Both the position numbers and the translations under genes were made by a program. 64,000 nt of DNA from Candidatus Poribacteria bacterium. Lineage in GTDB: Bacteria; Poribacteria; WGA-4E; WGA-3G. Where the stretch lies: NCBI GenBank assembly GCA_965242965.1, contig OZ251518.1:4480001-4544000 (forward strand), given 5' to 3'. The notes under the pieces were generated by a model, which was not told the DNA's origin, ran no database searches, and saw only the letters and a list, made by a program, of their open reading frames with translations. Each line of letters opens with the position of its first letter. Position 1 is the first letter of the stretch. This document shows, piece after piece, positions 48,718 to 58,820 of the stretch.

Positions 48718-49743
48718 ATGACACGAAACACATCAGTCAGCATCACCGACGATGCATTCTATATTAACGGAGAAATTACGTATCCGGGGCGTTCCTACGA
48801 GGGGCACAAGGTTGAAGGGTTGCTGATGAACACCCGCATGGTGCAAGGCATCTTTGACGATAGGAACCCGGAAACGCTCCACCGCTGGGAGTATCCAGAC
48901 ACCGGCAAGTGGGATGCCGAACGGAATACCCGCGAATTTCTCGCCGCCATGCCTGAATGGCGCGCACACGGTATCCTAGCATTCACTATCAACTTGCAAG
49001 GCGGAAGCCCGGAGGGGTATTCTAAAGCGCAACCGTGGCACAACTCGGGGATTGAATCCGATGGCAGCCTCAATCCGGATTACCTCTCGCGGCTGGAGAG
49101 AATTATCGCGCGCGCCGATGAGCTCGGCATGGTTGTCATTCTCGGCTACTTCTATTTTGGGCAAGACCATCGGCTCACCGACGAGACGGCTGTCATCCGT
49201 GCTACTGACAACGCAACGCACTGGCTTTTTGAGCAGGGGTATACCAATGTTATCGTTGAGGTGAACAACGAATGCAACGTCCGCTATTCGCATGAGATTT
49301 TGCAACCGGAACGGGTGCATGAACTCATTGAACGCGTCAAAGCGACGACGCGCGATGGCAAAAGGTTCCTCGTCGGCACCAGTTATGGCGGCGGGAGGGT
49401 GCCGTTTGAAAACGTCGTCCGTGCATCCGATTTCCTGCTCGTCCATGGCAACGGTGTGAAGGATCCGAATCGCATCGTTGAGATGGTGCGGCAGACGCGC
49501 GAAGTGCCCGGTTACCGCCCGATGCCCATCCTCTTCAACGAGGATGATCATTTCGATTTTGACAAACCGCTTAACAACTGCGTTGCTGCTGTTAGTCAAT
49601 ACGCCTCTTGGGGTTACTTTGACCCGGGCGAAAACGACTATCACCACGGGTATCAGTCTGTGCCGGTGCAGTGGCAAATCAACACGCCGCGCAAGCGCGC
49701 CTTTTTTAACAAAGTCCGTGACATCACCGGCGTAAGCCGATAG
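48718..49743 (+). CDS. Putative glycoside hydrolase-like TIM-barrel protein
   Basis: MVQGIFDD, VEVNNEC, PILFNEDD (two candidate catalytic Glu). Confidence 0.6.
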   Translation: MTRNTSVSITDDAFYINGEITYPGRSYEGHKVEGLLMNTRMVQGIFDDRNPETLHRWEYPDTGKWDAERNTREFLAAMPEWRAHGILAFTINLQGGSPEGYSKAQPWHNSGIESDGSLNPDYLSRLERIIARADELGMVVILGYFYFGQDHRLTDETAVIRATDNATHWLFEQGYTNVIVEVNNECNVRYSHEILQPERVHELIERVKATTRDGKRFLVGTSYGGGRVPFENVVRASDFLLVHGNGVKDPNRIVEMVRQTREVPGYRPMPILFNEDDHFDFDKPLNNCVAAVSQYASWGYFDPGENDYHHGYQSVPVQWQINTPRKRAFFNKVRDITGVSR

Positions 49744-49793
49744 CCGCGGTTTCTACCCGCGCCCACACTTAATAACAAAAGGAAAACCACGAT

Positions 49794-50567
49794 ATGCCTC
49801 AAATTCCGCCAATTTATCTTGCGATTGCAATTGCCGTTGTCGTGATGCTCGCTACCAGCATTCGCATCCTCAAAGAATACGAACGCGCCGTCATCTTCCG
49901 CCTCGGCCGGTTGACAGGCACGCGAGGGCCCGGGCTCGTCCTCTTGATTCCGTTTTGGATTGAACGGATGCAGCGCATCAGCCTCCGCGTCATCGTCAAC
50001 GATGTCACCCCGCAAGATGTCATTACCAAAGACAACGTCTCCGTTAGCGTCAACGCCGTGCTGACATTCAGAGTCGTTGGAGCTGACCGGGCTGTGATAG
50101 AGGTGGAGGACTTCGGGTTCGCCATCTCTCAAGTTGCGCAAACGACACTCCGTAGTGTGCTCGGACGCGCTGAACTCGATGACCTGCTCTCTGAACGCGA
50201 AAAACTCAATCAAGACTTGGAAGCAATCATCAAAGAGCACTGTGAACCGTGGGGAGTTGAGGTGCTTGCTATGGAGATTAAGCACGTCGATTTGCCGGCA
50301 GAGATGCAGCGCGCCATGGCGAAGCAGGCGGAAGCAGAACGCGAACGCCGCGCAAAAGTCACGCATGCACAGGGAGAATTGGAATCGGCACAGGCATTAA
50401 CTGGCGCAGCCCAAGTCTTGAGCGAATCGCCGACAGCCTTGCAACTCCGCTTCCTGCAGGCATTGGTAGAGGTGAGTGCGGAGAAAAACTCTACCGTCGT
50501 CTTCCCCATTCCGATCGATCTGCTGAGTCCGTTTTTGAACAAGGAGACAGAAAAGGAGAAGTGGTAA
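49794..50567 (+). CDS. SPFH/stomatin (slipin) family protein
   Basis: [48 protein letters not shown]. Confidence 0.93.
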   Translation: MPQIPPIYLAIAIAVVVMLATSIRILKEYERAVIFRLGRLTGTRGPGLVLLIPFWIERMQRISLRVIVNDVTPQDVITKDNVSVSVNAVLTFRVVGADRAVIEVEDFGFAISQVAQTTLRSVLGRAELDDLLSEREKLNQDLEAIIKEHCEPWGVEVLAMEIKHVDLPAEMQRAMAKQAEAERERRAKVTHAQGELESAQALTGAAQVLSESPTALQLRFLQALVEVSAEKNSTVVFPIPIDLLSPFLNKETEKEKW

Positions 50568-50850
50568 GTTTGTCAAGGCGGATGGCTCGCTCTTTCCCCG
50601 GTAAGAGTCTCGATTTCTTTGTCGATTTTTGCTGTCGGCGCGCTGTCCTGGTCTCGATGCGAGCGATGGCCCGGTAGGCGAGACCTCCTGGTCTCGATTT
50701 CTTCCTCCCGGTCTCGATGTGGTTTCGTATCGGGACAAGGATGTCCCTCCTACCGGGAAGGCATCGGGCCCACCGCTGTCGTTTGCAAGTGCCTGAACTA
50801 CAGGGGTGCATCGAGACCAGGAGGTCTCTCCTACGGTTGACAAACTGCGC

Positions 50851-51906
50851 CTACCAATCCTCATCGTAAAACGGGGTGCTAGGATAGCTGTAGACGTTCC
50901 CCTCATAATTACGCATTTGGATTTCATCGTCGTCAAAGGTGACAACCGGGTCTGGGATAAGGGCGATTTTTCCACCGCCGCCCGGTGCATCGACGACATA
51001 GTGCGGCACGCCGAGCCCGGAGATATGTCCACGCAGTGCCGCGACAATCTCTAACCCGGTCTTCACCGCTGTGCGGAAATGATCTGTGCCGACAACCAGG
51101 TCTGCCTGATAGATATAGTAAGGCTTCACCCGGATACGCAGCAACTTCTTCATGAGCTCCACCATCACCGCTGGTTCATCGTTGACACCTTTGAGGAGCA
51201 CCGTCTGGTTGCCGAGTGGGATGCCGGCATCTGCCAGCATGCCGCACGCTTTCTCGGTTTCCGGTGTAATCTCGCGCGGATGGTTGAAGTGCGTGTTGAT
51301 GTAAAACGGGTGATTCGCCTTCAAAATCGCGCACAACGCCGGGGTTATCCGCTGAGGCAGCGTCACTGGTACGCGCGAACCGATCCGGATAATCTCCAGA
51401 TGTTTTATGGCGCGAAGCCCGCTGACGATGTAGTCAATCTTCTTATCCGTTAACATGAGCGGATCCCCCCCGGAGATAATGACATCGCGAATCTCCGGAT
51501 GTGCCTGAATATAGGCGAGCCCTGTCTCAATGTTGTTCTCGGAAATCGAGTGCGGGTCACCGACTTTCCGCTTGCGCGTGCAAAATCGGCAGTAGATCGG
51601 GCACATATAGTTGACGTAGAAGAGCGCCCGGTCCGGATAGCGATGCGTGACGTTCGGCACCTCGCTATCGTCTTCTTCGTGCAACGGGTCCTCCACACCG
51701 GTGCTGATGAGTTCACGCCGGTCTGGGACAACCTGCTTCCAGATCGCGTCCCCTGGTTCTTCAATCAGGCTGAGATAGTAGGGGTTAATACGGATGGGGA
51801 ATTCCTTGTGAACGCGCCGCATTTCTTCAACATCGACATCAAAGACAGCGGCGAGTTTTTCGGGAGTGTTCACTGTATCCCGAACGAGTTGTTTCCATTC
51901 TTCCAT
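50851..51906 (-). CDS. KamA family radical SAM protein (lysine 2,3-aminomutase-like)
   Basis: HRYPDR, CPIYCRFCTRKR, SGGDPL, HFNHPRE, DAPGGGGK. Confidence 0.9.
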   Translation of the reverse strand: MEEWKQLVRDTVNTPEKLAAVFDVDVEEMRRVHKEFPIRINPYYLSLIEEPGDAIWKQVVPDRRELISTGVEDPLHEEDDSEVPNVTHRYPDRALFYVNYMCPIYCRFCTRKRKVGDPHSISENNIETGLAYIQAHPEIRDVIISGGDPLMLTDKKIDYIVSGLRAIKHLEIIRIGSRVPVTLPQRITPALCAILKANHPFYINTHFNHPREITPETEKACGMLADAGIPLGNQTVLLKGVNDEPAVMVELMKKLLRIRVKPYYIYQADLVVGTDHFRTAVKTGLEIVAALRGHISGLGVPHYVVDAPGGGGKIALIPDPVVTFDDDEIQMRNYEGNVYSYPSTPFYDEDW

Positions 51907-51972
51907 TGCGTTGTTTCCTCCTGTTGGGGTGCGCGGCGGCAAACCGCGCACCCCAAATTAGGTTGAGTGGTG

Positions 51973-52506
51973 TTACGGGGAAGCCGAGTAATTTTCCAAC
52001 GTTACTTTGCGCATGACATCGCCTTGGCGTAGCGCATCCACGACATCCATCCCCTTGATGACTCTTCCAAACGTGGTGTAGTCCCCATTGAGATGGACAT
52101 ACCGCGTCGCATCGGTTCCCAGACAGATGTAAAATTGACTGCCTGCGGAATTAGGGTTACGCGTGCGTGCCATCGCGAGCACGCCTTTTTCGTGCGGCGG
52201 CATCTTCTCGCGGAGGCCCGGGTCTTGAAATTCACCTGGAATTGTCCAACCGGGTCCGCCGCGGCCAGTGCCTTCCGGATCACCGCCTTGGATGACGAAG
52301 CCGGGGACGTATCGATGAAACTTCAAGCCGTTGTAGAATTCCGCCTCAATCAGTTTGGCGAAATTCGCGACCGTGGCAGGGGCGGCTTCCGGATAAAGTT
52401 CAATAACAATGTTGCCTTTATCGGTTTCAAGCGTTACAGTAGGTAGCCGTTCGCCGTGGCACGAAAAAAGCGTCAGCGCGAAGGCACCTAAGATTCCAAT
52501 TCGCAT
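51973..52506 (-). CDS. Cyclophilin-type peptidyl-prolyl isomerase (lipoprotein)
   Basis: FHRYVPGFVIQGGDP, MARTRNPNSAGSQFYI; lipobox LFSC. Confidence 0.92.
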   Translation of the reverse strand: MRIGILGAFALTLFSCHGERLPTVTLETDKGNIVIELYPEAAPATVANFAKLIEAEFYNGLKFHRYVPGFVIQGGDPEGTGRGGPGWTIPGEFQDPGLREKMPPHEKGVLAMARTRNPNSAGSQFYICLGTDATRYVHLNGDYTTFGRVIKGMDVVDALRQGDVMRKVTLENYSASP

Positions 52507-52612
52507 TGTCTTTACGTTTGCTCCATTTTTAGAACTGCGCAGGTTTCCCCAGAGCGCGCCTACCGGCGGCGTAAATAAGGGATTTGCGGCTGTCTTGTTT
52601 AAACTGATATGC

Positions 52613-52641
52613 ATTATACATTTATTTCGGCAGAAAGTCAA
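52613..52641 (-). promoter_or_regulatory. Sigma70 promoter
   Basis: TTGACT-17 bp-TATAAT. Confidence 0.65.
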
Positions 52642-52686
52642 GAAAATTTTTGGAATCCCTGAGATGGGCTTGTCAGGACAGGTAAC

Positions 52687-53177
52687 TGAGGGTGTTTCAT
52701 ATTTCGATGTGTTCGGTAGGAAAGACCTCGGGGCTCGATTTCCGGTAGGAGAGACCTCCCGGTCTCGATGTTCCCGTAGCGCGGGGGCCCTCGGATGCCA
52801 TCCGCGCATCCGAGCGGGTTTCCCCCGCGAGCGTTGGATTGCGCGGAGGCTGGCGAGGGACAGGCCCTCGCCCTACGGTGAACGGGGACGATTTCTTACT
52901 TGTTACCGTAGCGCGGGGGCCTGTCCCCCGAGATCTCTCAACCTCTGCGGAAAACGCCAGCAGCCCAGAGCCCACGGATGTTTGCTGCTCAGACCGGTGC
53001 ACGGCGAGGGACAGGCCCTCGCCCTACGGTGAAAGCGGCACTCAAGCATAGCGAGGGAAACCCTCTCGCATGCGCGTGTGGCATGCGAGGGCCCTCGCCC
53101 TACGTGAAGGAGCGGCGTTTTTTTACCGTAGCAGGGACATGTCACCGCTACGTTGGGCGATTTATGAAACACCCTCA
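52687..53177. mobile_element. MITE-like TIR shell enclosing a REP cluster
   Basis: tgagggtgtttcata..tatgaaacaccctca; left part closely matches 3927-4040. Confidence 0.65.
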
Positions 53178-53409
53178 GATAACTCTGTCTGGCTACCGTT
53201 CCGAGAGGACGAGTGTGGCTATGGACAAGAGGAAATCGAGACCAGGAGGTCTCGCCTACGGGTTCAGAGAGAACACAGACGGCTATGGACATTCGTCCTT
53301 ACAAACGGCGGAACAAGGAATCGAAAACTAATCAAATCTGGGTGCACGGCAAATTTGCCTTGACATCTTTCTTTAGATGTGGTATTCTATATAAACGGAG
53401 GTGAGCGCG

Positions 53410-54510
53410 GTGCAGAATATCCCGACAGAAAATCAGCGGGAACGCGAGTTGGTGGCGGCGTTAAAGCTGCTCTCGCCGGGGACTTCGCTGAGGGAAGGTA
53501 TTGATTATATTATCCAAGGCAAAACGGGCGGCTTGATTGTCGTTGGCGATACGCCGGCGATTCTGAATCTGGTAGAAGGCGGCTTCCGCATCAACTCGCG
53601 GTATACACCGATGCGGTTGTATGAATTGGCGAAAATGGACGGTGCCATCATTCTGTCTGAAGATATGAAGCGGATTGTCCGCGCCAATGTGACGCTGCGG
53701 CTCAACCCCTCTATTGACTCTGGCGAAACGGGGCTCCGGCATCGCGCTGGGGATAAGTTCGCGAAGCAGACGGGACATATCGTCCTCGCCGTGTCACAAA
53801 GTCGGAATACGTTGTCCCTCTATCTCCGGAATCAGCGTTACATTTTCCGGGAGCGGCCGAGTCTGATTTCGGGCGCGAACCAGGCGATGCTTGCGCTGAC
53901 GCAGTATGTCAAGGCGATGCAAAACGCCATGGCAATACTGAATTGGGTGGAATTAAGAGGTGATACCACGCTGGCGGATGTCGTCACAGCCATCCAATTG
54001 TGTGAACGCGTGCGCCGCACCGAATACGAGTTGAACCGATACCGCATTGAATTAGGCACGCATGCGCAGTCACTGCAACTCATTCCATCGGAATTGACTG
54101 CCGAGATTGAGCGCGGGCTCCTGGTGATTAAGGACTACTATCACGAAAGTCTGCCGGATGCGTATCAGGCTTATGAAAAGATTCTGCGGCTTGATGCGAA
54201 CAGCCTCGCGAGCCGGGGCACTATCAGCACAGCCTTGGGATACCCGCCTGATGCCGGTAACGCCGCAGAAGTGCTGGAGCCGCGCGGGTATCGGGTAATG
54301 AGTCTGATTCCGCGCACCCCGCTCAGCGTTATTGAAAACATCGTTCAGCGGTTCAAAAGGTTGGAGGCTATCGCCAATGCCACCGTCGCTGAGTTGGAGA
54401 CGGTTGAAGGTGTCTGCAAGGCGAGAGCCACGGCGATTAAGGAGGCACTTGTCGATATGAAAACGGCGGCTGTCCAACCTGAAATCGTGGCGTTATCTGT
54501 GTTTGAATAG
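53410..54510 (+). CDS. disA: DNA integrity scanning diadenylate cyclase DisA
   Basis: PGTSLREG, ELAKMDGA, ETGLRHR, C-terminal HhH; GGAGGTG RBS suggests a GTG start at 53410; promoter at 53360-53388. Confidence 0.9.
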   Translation: MQNIPTENQRERELVAALKLLSPGTSLREGIDYIIQGKTGGLIVVGDTPAILNLVEGGFRINSRYTPMRLYELAKMDGAIILSEDMKRIVRANVTLRLNPSIDSGETGLRHRAGDKFAKQTGHIVLAVSQSRNTLSLYLRNQRYIFRERPSLISGANQAMLALTQYVKAMQNAMAILNWVELRGDTTLADVVTAIQLCERVRRTEYELNRYRIELGTHAQSLQLIPSELTAEIERGLLVIKDYYHESLPDAYQAYEKILRLDANSLASRGTISTALGYPPDAGNAAEVLEPRGYRVMSLIPRTPLSVIENIVQRFKRLEAIANATVAELETVEGVCKARATAIKEALVDMKTAAVQPEIVALSVFE

Positions 54511-54570
54511 CAACGGCGTGGTTGCGCTAAAATAGAAACCAAAACTTAACCGAAAAAAAGGAGCCACAAA

Positions 54571-55917
54571 ATGAGACAATTCATCGCTTTCGCGCGCGAA
54601 GTGTTGTTCAAAGTGAACGTGCGCGCGCTCAACCGTATGAAAACACCGTTAGCGGCGTTCCTTGCCATCTCGCTATGTGTTGCAGGATGCGGCGGGCAAC
54701 TCGGAACCCTCAAACCGCCGGAAGTTGAAAGCGCGCTTGCACAGGCGGAATCGGCGATTGAAAAAGCACGTGATGCAGACGCGCGCACGCTCGCACCCGG
54801 TGCATTTGAATCGGCGGAGACACACCTCGCCGACGCGAAGATTGCCCTCAAGGAAAAGCGTGGTGCCGATGCACTGCGCCTCGCGTATCAAGCCGCTTCT
54901 GATGCCAAAGTCGCGCGCAAAGTGGCAGTTGACACTGATAAGAACGCGGCACTGAACGCACGCATCCTTGAGAAGGAAGCGAACGCGAAAAGACTCCGTG
55001 AAACCCTCAACACGAAAGAGCAGGAGTTGGCGAAGGCAGAGGCGCGGATAGAACGGCTCAGCATTGAGGAGAGACAGCTGAAACGTCAAATCAGCAGGGT
55101 GGAGAAAGAGAAACGTGAACTGAGGACTAAACGGGAGAGTTACGGAAAACAGGTTGCAACTCTCCGAGAAACCTTGGAATCGATTCACGAGCGTTCAAAG
55201 CGCGCGGAAACCGAACTCCGGAACTACGGCAAAGAAATTGCCGAGTTGCGTCGCAAACTGGAAGTTGCCGACAGGATGATTCGGGAGGAAGGCCATCAGA
55301 AACGTGCAGCTATTGCGGAAGCCGAATCTCTTCGGAAGCAACTGCGCGAGCAGGCGAAAATCTATACCGATAAACTGGCGGCGGCGAATCAGCGCAGCAC
55401 GGCGGCAAAGCATGAGGATTACCTCAAGCAGAAGGTGGCGGAGGCGCGTGCGTTCGTCCAGAGTCAGCAGCATCAGCCTGTTAAAACCGGGCGCACCTCG
55501 CTTTCTTCGGAGCAGATTGCCGCGGGTAAGGCGGCACTTAACAGGTGGAACAACGCGTGGGATAGCAAAAACCTCACCGCGCATCTCTCCTTTTACGCGC
55601 CGAACGTCATCGCCGATAAAGTTGTTATTCGTGAGAGCAAGGAGCATCGCACGAAAATCGAACGTGGGCAGCTTGAAGCCGCCCTTCGCGCAATGAGCGA
55701 ACACCCTTGGCGCAAAATTAAGGGAAGCACCGAAGTTGAAGGCGAAAGCGTCATCGGCATTTACCAATTGAGCCGACTCGTCGTCCCCGCGGAAGACGAA
55801 GATGCCACGGCACTCTACAATATCTGGAAGCGCGAAGTCTGGATGCACCAAGTCGGTGAGGCGTGGAAAGTCCATCACGAACTCTGGCAGATTTACGAGA
55901 ACGTGCCAAATTTCTAA
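54571..55917 (+). CDS. Lipoprotein: DUF4398-like, coiled coil, NTF2-like domain
   Basis: Lipobox VAGC; ALAQAESAIEKAR; WNNAWDSKNLTAHLSFY..WKV. Confidence 0.65.
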   Translation: MRQFIAFAREVLFKVNVRALNRMKTPLAAFLAISLCVAGCGGQLGTLKPPEVESALAQAESAIEKARDADARTLAPGAFESAETHLADAKIALKEKRGADALRLAYQAASDAKVARKVAVDTDKNAALNARILEKEANAKRLRETLNTKEQELAKAEARIERLSIEERQLKRQISRVEKEKRELRTKRESYGKQVATLRETLESIHERSKRAETELRNYGKEIAELRRKLEVADRMIREEGHQKRAAIAEAESLRKQLREQAKIYTDKLAAANQRSTAAKHEDYLKQKVAEARAFVQSQQHQPVKTGRTSLSSEQIAAGKAALNRWNNAWDSKNLTAHLSFYAPNVIADKVVIRESKEHRTKIERGQLEAALRAMSEHPWRKIKGSTEVEGESVIGIYQLSRLVVPAEDEDATALYNIWKREVWMHQVGEAWKVHHELWQIYENVPNF

Positions 55918-56058
55918 AAATTCAAGGCAGACACACGCTGGTGGACGCGGTTTTTAACCGCGCCTACCCGCACAGTAAGTCTTGGATTGTAAGGGTGGAT
56001 TGTTATATCCACCCGACAATGGCCTGTTTATAGGGGCCTGTTTATAGGAGATGAGTTT

Positions 56059-57489
56059 ATGAACGGTTCCCAAAACCCGAACCCAAATCCGAGCCCAAAG
56101 CAACCCGCTATCCCGCGTAACCTGATATGGGGTGGGGCAATCGCGGGTATCGTCATCGTCCTCATTGCATTCGTTGTGATGTTCATGAGTTCCAGTGAAA
56201 CGCCGGAGGCTTTTTTGGCGCGCTGGAAAAGCACGCTTGAGTCCGGTAACCTGAAGAAGTATGAGGGGCTGTGGCTGCCGAACGCGCGGCGGAAGTATGC
56301 GCAAGACTATAAACGGACAGCAGAACTGCTCACGGCGGACAGTCAAGCGCGCTTTGAGGTGAATCTCAGCCGTGCCCCTTCGCCGCGCCGCGTGCCGCGC
56401 TACCCGAACCGCTCGCAGATTGAGGGCATCCCGTTAGTGGTGCATTTCCCCGGCGAACCCCAACAGCAAGTGCGGAACCTGACTATTGAACGGAAAGGCA
56501 TCATCCAGAAACGGTGGAAGATTGTCAAGGATGAGATAGTCGGACAAGAGTTTGCCACCGTGGATACCACGCCGCAAATTGAGGATACTTCGGAGCCTAC
56601 GGCAACGCCGCCGAACAGCCCGGTTGTGCCGTTAGTCCAAGCGTGGAAAAACGCGCTGGCATCGCAAGATGTCAAGAAGTATACCAAACTCTGGGATAAA
56701 TCGGCGCAGAAAAAGCAGAAGGCGAACTTCCAAAATGCCAAAAGAGCGATGTCTCAAGCACCGAGTGTTGACTTGTCGCAGGCTACCTACGTCGCCGTGC
56801 CGGGACAGAAGGACAGACACATCGTCTCGGATATTGGTGTGACGTTGTATGATGGCGGCACGCCGATTGAAACACACTCCCGCACCCTCACAATCGAGAA
56901 AAAGGGGTTTATCTGGAAAAAGTGGAAATTGATAAACGATGAAATCGGCGGCGAGTCGACGAATCCTGAACCTGTCGTGCAATACGAAGAACCGACGACA
57001 GACACCGTCTCCGGTGAAGAATCCGGCGGGACGTTTGCCGGGAACGCACCGTTGGATACGCAACTGAAAGTGCGTCAGGTGCTTGGAAAATGGCAGTCCG
57101 CGTGGGAGGGGAAGAACCTCGATACCTACATGTCTACTTACGCTGCGCGGGCGCAAATCACGCGCGTCACTGTAAGCGGCGGTGGGAAGGGCAAAACTAC
57201 CTATCTTACCAAAGCGCAACTCCGTGCGAAAATGCAACGCCTCAACCAAATGTATGCCGAAATCCAAGTGACGATTTCTAACTTGCAGATTAACGGCGAC
57301 AGAGCGGTGGCAGATGTCACCTTCTTGCAAAAATTCAAGGGAACGCCTGCATCAGGCACACGTCCCGCTTATTCCGATTACGGCACCAAAAAACTGAATT
57401 TAATGGTAGATCCAGCCGATGGGCATTGGAAAATCTACGCCGAATCGTGGAATTACTACGAGGACGTTCCGGAATTCCCGAAGATGTAA
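56059..57489 (+). CDS. Membrane-anchored protein with three NTF2-like repeats
   Basis: TM helix; three WK/WQ..Y..L/Y repeats each ending WKI/WKL. Confidence 0.65.
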   Translation: MNGSQNPNPNPSPKQPAIPRNLIWGGAIAGIVIVLIAFVVMFMSSSETPEAFLARWKSTLESGNLKKYEGLWLPNARRKYAQDYKRTAELLTADSQARFEVNLSRAPSPRRVPRYPNRSQIEGIPLVVHFPGEPQQQVRNLTIERKGIIQKRWKIVKDEIVGQEFATVDTTPQIEDTSEPTATPPNSPVVPLVQAWKNALASQDVKKYTKLWDKSAQKKQKANFQNAKRAMSQAPSVDLSQATYVAVPGQKDRHIVSDIGVTLYDGGTPIETHSRTLTIEKKGFIWKKWKLINDEIGGESTNPEPVVQYEEPTTDTVSGEESGGTFAGNAPLDTQLKVRQVLGKWQSAWEGKNLDTYMSTYAARAQITRVTVSGGGKGKTTYLTKAQLRAKMQRLNQMYAEIQVTISNLQINGDRAVADVTFLQKFKGTPASGTRPAYSDYGTKKLNLMVDPADGHWKIYAESWNYYEDVPEFPKM

Positions 57490-57547
57490 CGTTGTTCTAT
57501 CATTCATAATCGTAGGGGTGGGGGATATTCCTCGCTAGGCATGCACC

Positions 57548-57964
57548 ATGCACACCGAATACCGAACGAAACGGAAAATAGAGTTCGTTGATACCGACAT
57601 GGCAGGCATCGTCCATTTCACGCGATTTTTTGTGTTCATGGAAACAGCGGAACATGAATTCTTGCGAAGCCTCGGTACCAGTGTCGCAACCGAATGGAAT
57701 GGTGACAAAATCGGATGGCCGCGGCTCGCCGCTTCGTGTGAGTATCTCCATCCGCTGCGGTTTGAAGATGAAGTGGATATCCATTTGTCGGTTTCCAAAA
57801 AAAGCGAGAAATCGCTCACGTATCAATTCCGTTTTATGCATCAGGGAGCCGATGTAGCGCGCGGGACGGTGACGACAGTTTGCTGCGTCTGTAATCCGGG
57901 TGAAAAGTTGCGCGCTATTCCTATGCCTGATTTTATTGCGAATCAGATTCATCCGGTGTCTTAG
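57548..57964 (+). CDS. Acyl-CoA thioesterase (YbgC/4HBT family)
   Basis: DTDMAGIVHF, CEYLHPLRFED. Confidence 0.9.
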   Translation: MHTEYRTKRKIEFVDTDMAGIVHFTRFFVFMETAEHEFLRSLGTSVATEWNGDKIGWPRLAASCEYLHPLRFEDEVDIHLSVSKKSEKSLTYQFRFMHQGADVARGTVTTVCCVCNPGEKLRAIPMPDFIANQIHPVS

Positions 57965-58129
57965 GTTGTTCAATGTTCCCGTAGCGCGGGGGCCCTACGA
58001 TGAAGGGGGGGCTTTCTGCCGCCGCGGCCTCGGAAGGCGCGCCGCCCTATTGCATCGAGACCAGGAGGTCTCGCCTACCGGGAAGAAATCGAGACAGAGA
58101 GGGCTCTCCTATCGGGAAGGCATTGATAT

Positions 58130-58789
58130 ATGAAACACCCTCACTTAAAAGTTTCTAACGTGCATAAGAGTTTCTGCGATGTCCAAGTTCTGCGCGGCAT
58201 TTCGTTTTCAGTTAGCGCGGGCGAGTCTGTGGCCATTACCGGTCCTTCTGGTTCCGGCAAAAGCACGTTGCTCCATCTCATCGGCACGCTAGCGGCACCC
58301 TCCAGCGGCCGCGTTGCAATTAACAACGTCAATCCGTTTGATTTATCAGAGCGCGAGTTGGCTCGGTATCGGAACGCGGTGATCGGTTTCGTGTTCCAGG
58401 AACATCATCTGCTGCCGCAATATTCCGTGCTTGAAAATGTGCTGGTGCCGACGCTTGCGTTTAAAGAGAAATCCGATGCCACACCGCGGGCCCAGGAGCT
58501 GCTCCAGCGCGTTGGACTAACGCATCGGCTGACGCATCGGCCGGGGGAACTTTCTGGTGGGGAACGTCAACGCGTCGCCATCGCGCGCGCGCTCATCAAC
58601 CGGCCGGGCCTTCTCCTCTGTGATGAGCCCACCGGCAATTTGGATAACGCTACTGCCGAGACTATCATCAATCTGCTGTTTGAGATGCATCGCGTGGAAC
58701 AGAATATCTTAATCGTCGTCACGCACAACCTTGAGTTTGCATCTCGCTTTCAACATCACCTGAAACTCGCCGAAGGTGCCCTCGCCTGA
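58130..58789 (+). CDS. ABC transporter ATP-binding protein (LolD/MacB-like)
   Basis: GPSGSGKS, LSGGERQRVA, CDEPTGNLD, VTH. Confidence 0.92.
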   Translation: MKHPHLKVSNVHKSFCDVQVLRGISFSVSAGESVAITGPSGSGKSTLLHLIGTLAAPSSGRVAINNVNPFDLSERELARYRNAVIGFVFQEHHLLPQYSVLENVLVPTLAFKEKSDATPRAQELLQRVGLTHRLTHRPGELSGGERQRVAIARALINRPGLLLCDEPTGNLDNATAETIINLLFEMHRVEQNILIVVTHNLEFASRFQHHLKLAEGALA

Positions 58790-58820
58790 ACCTGAAATTG
58801 ACTTGGCGCGAAACGAAAGA

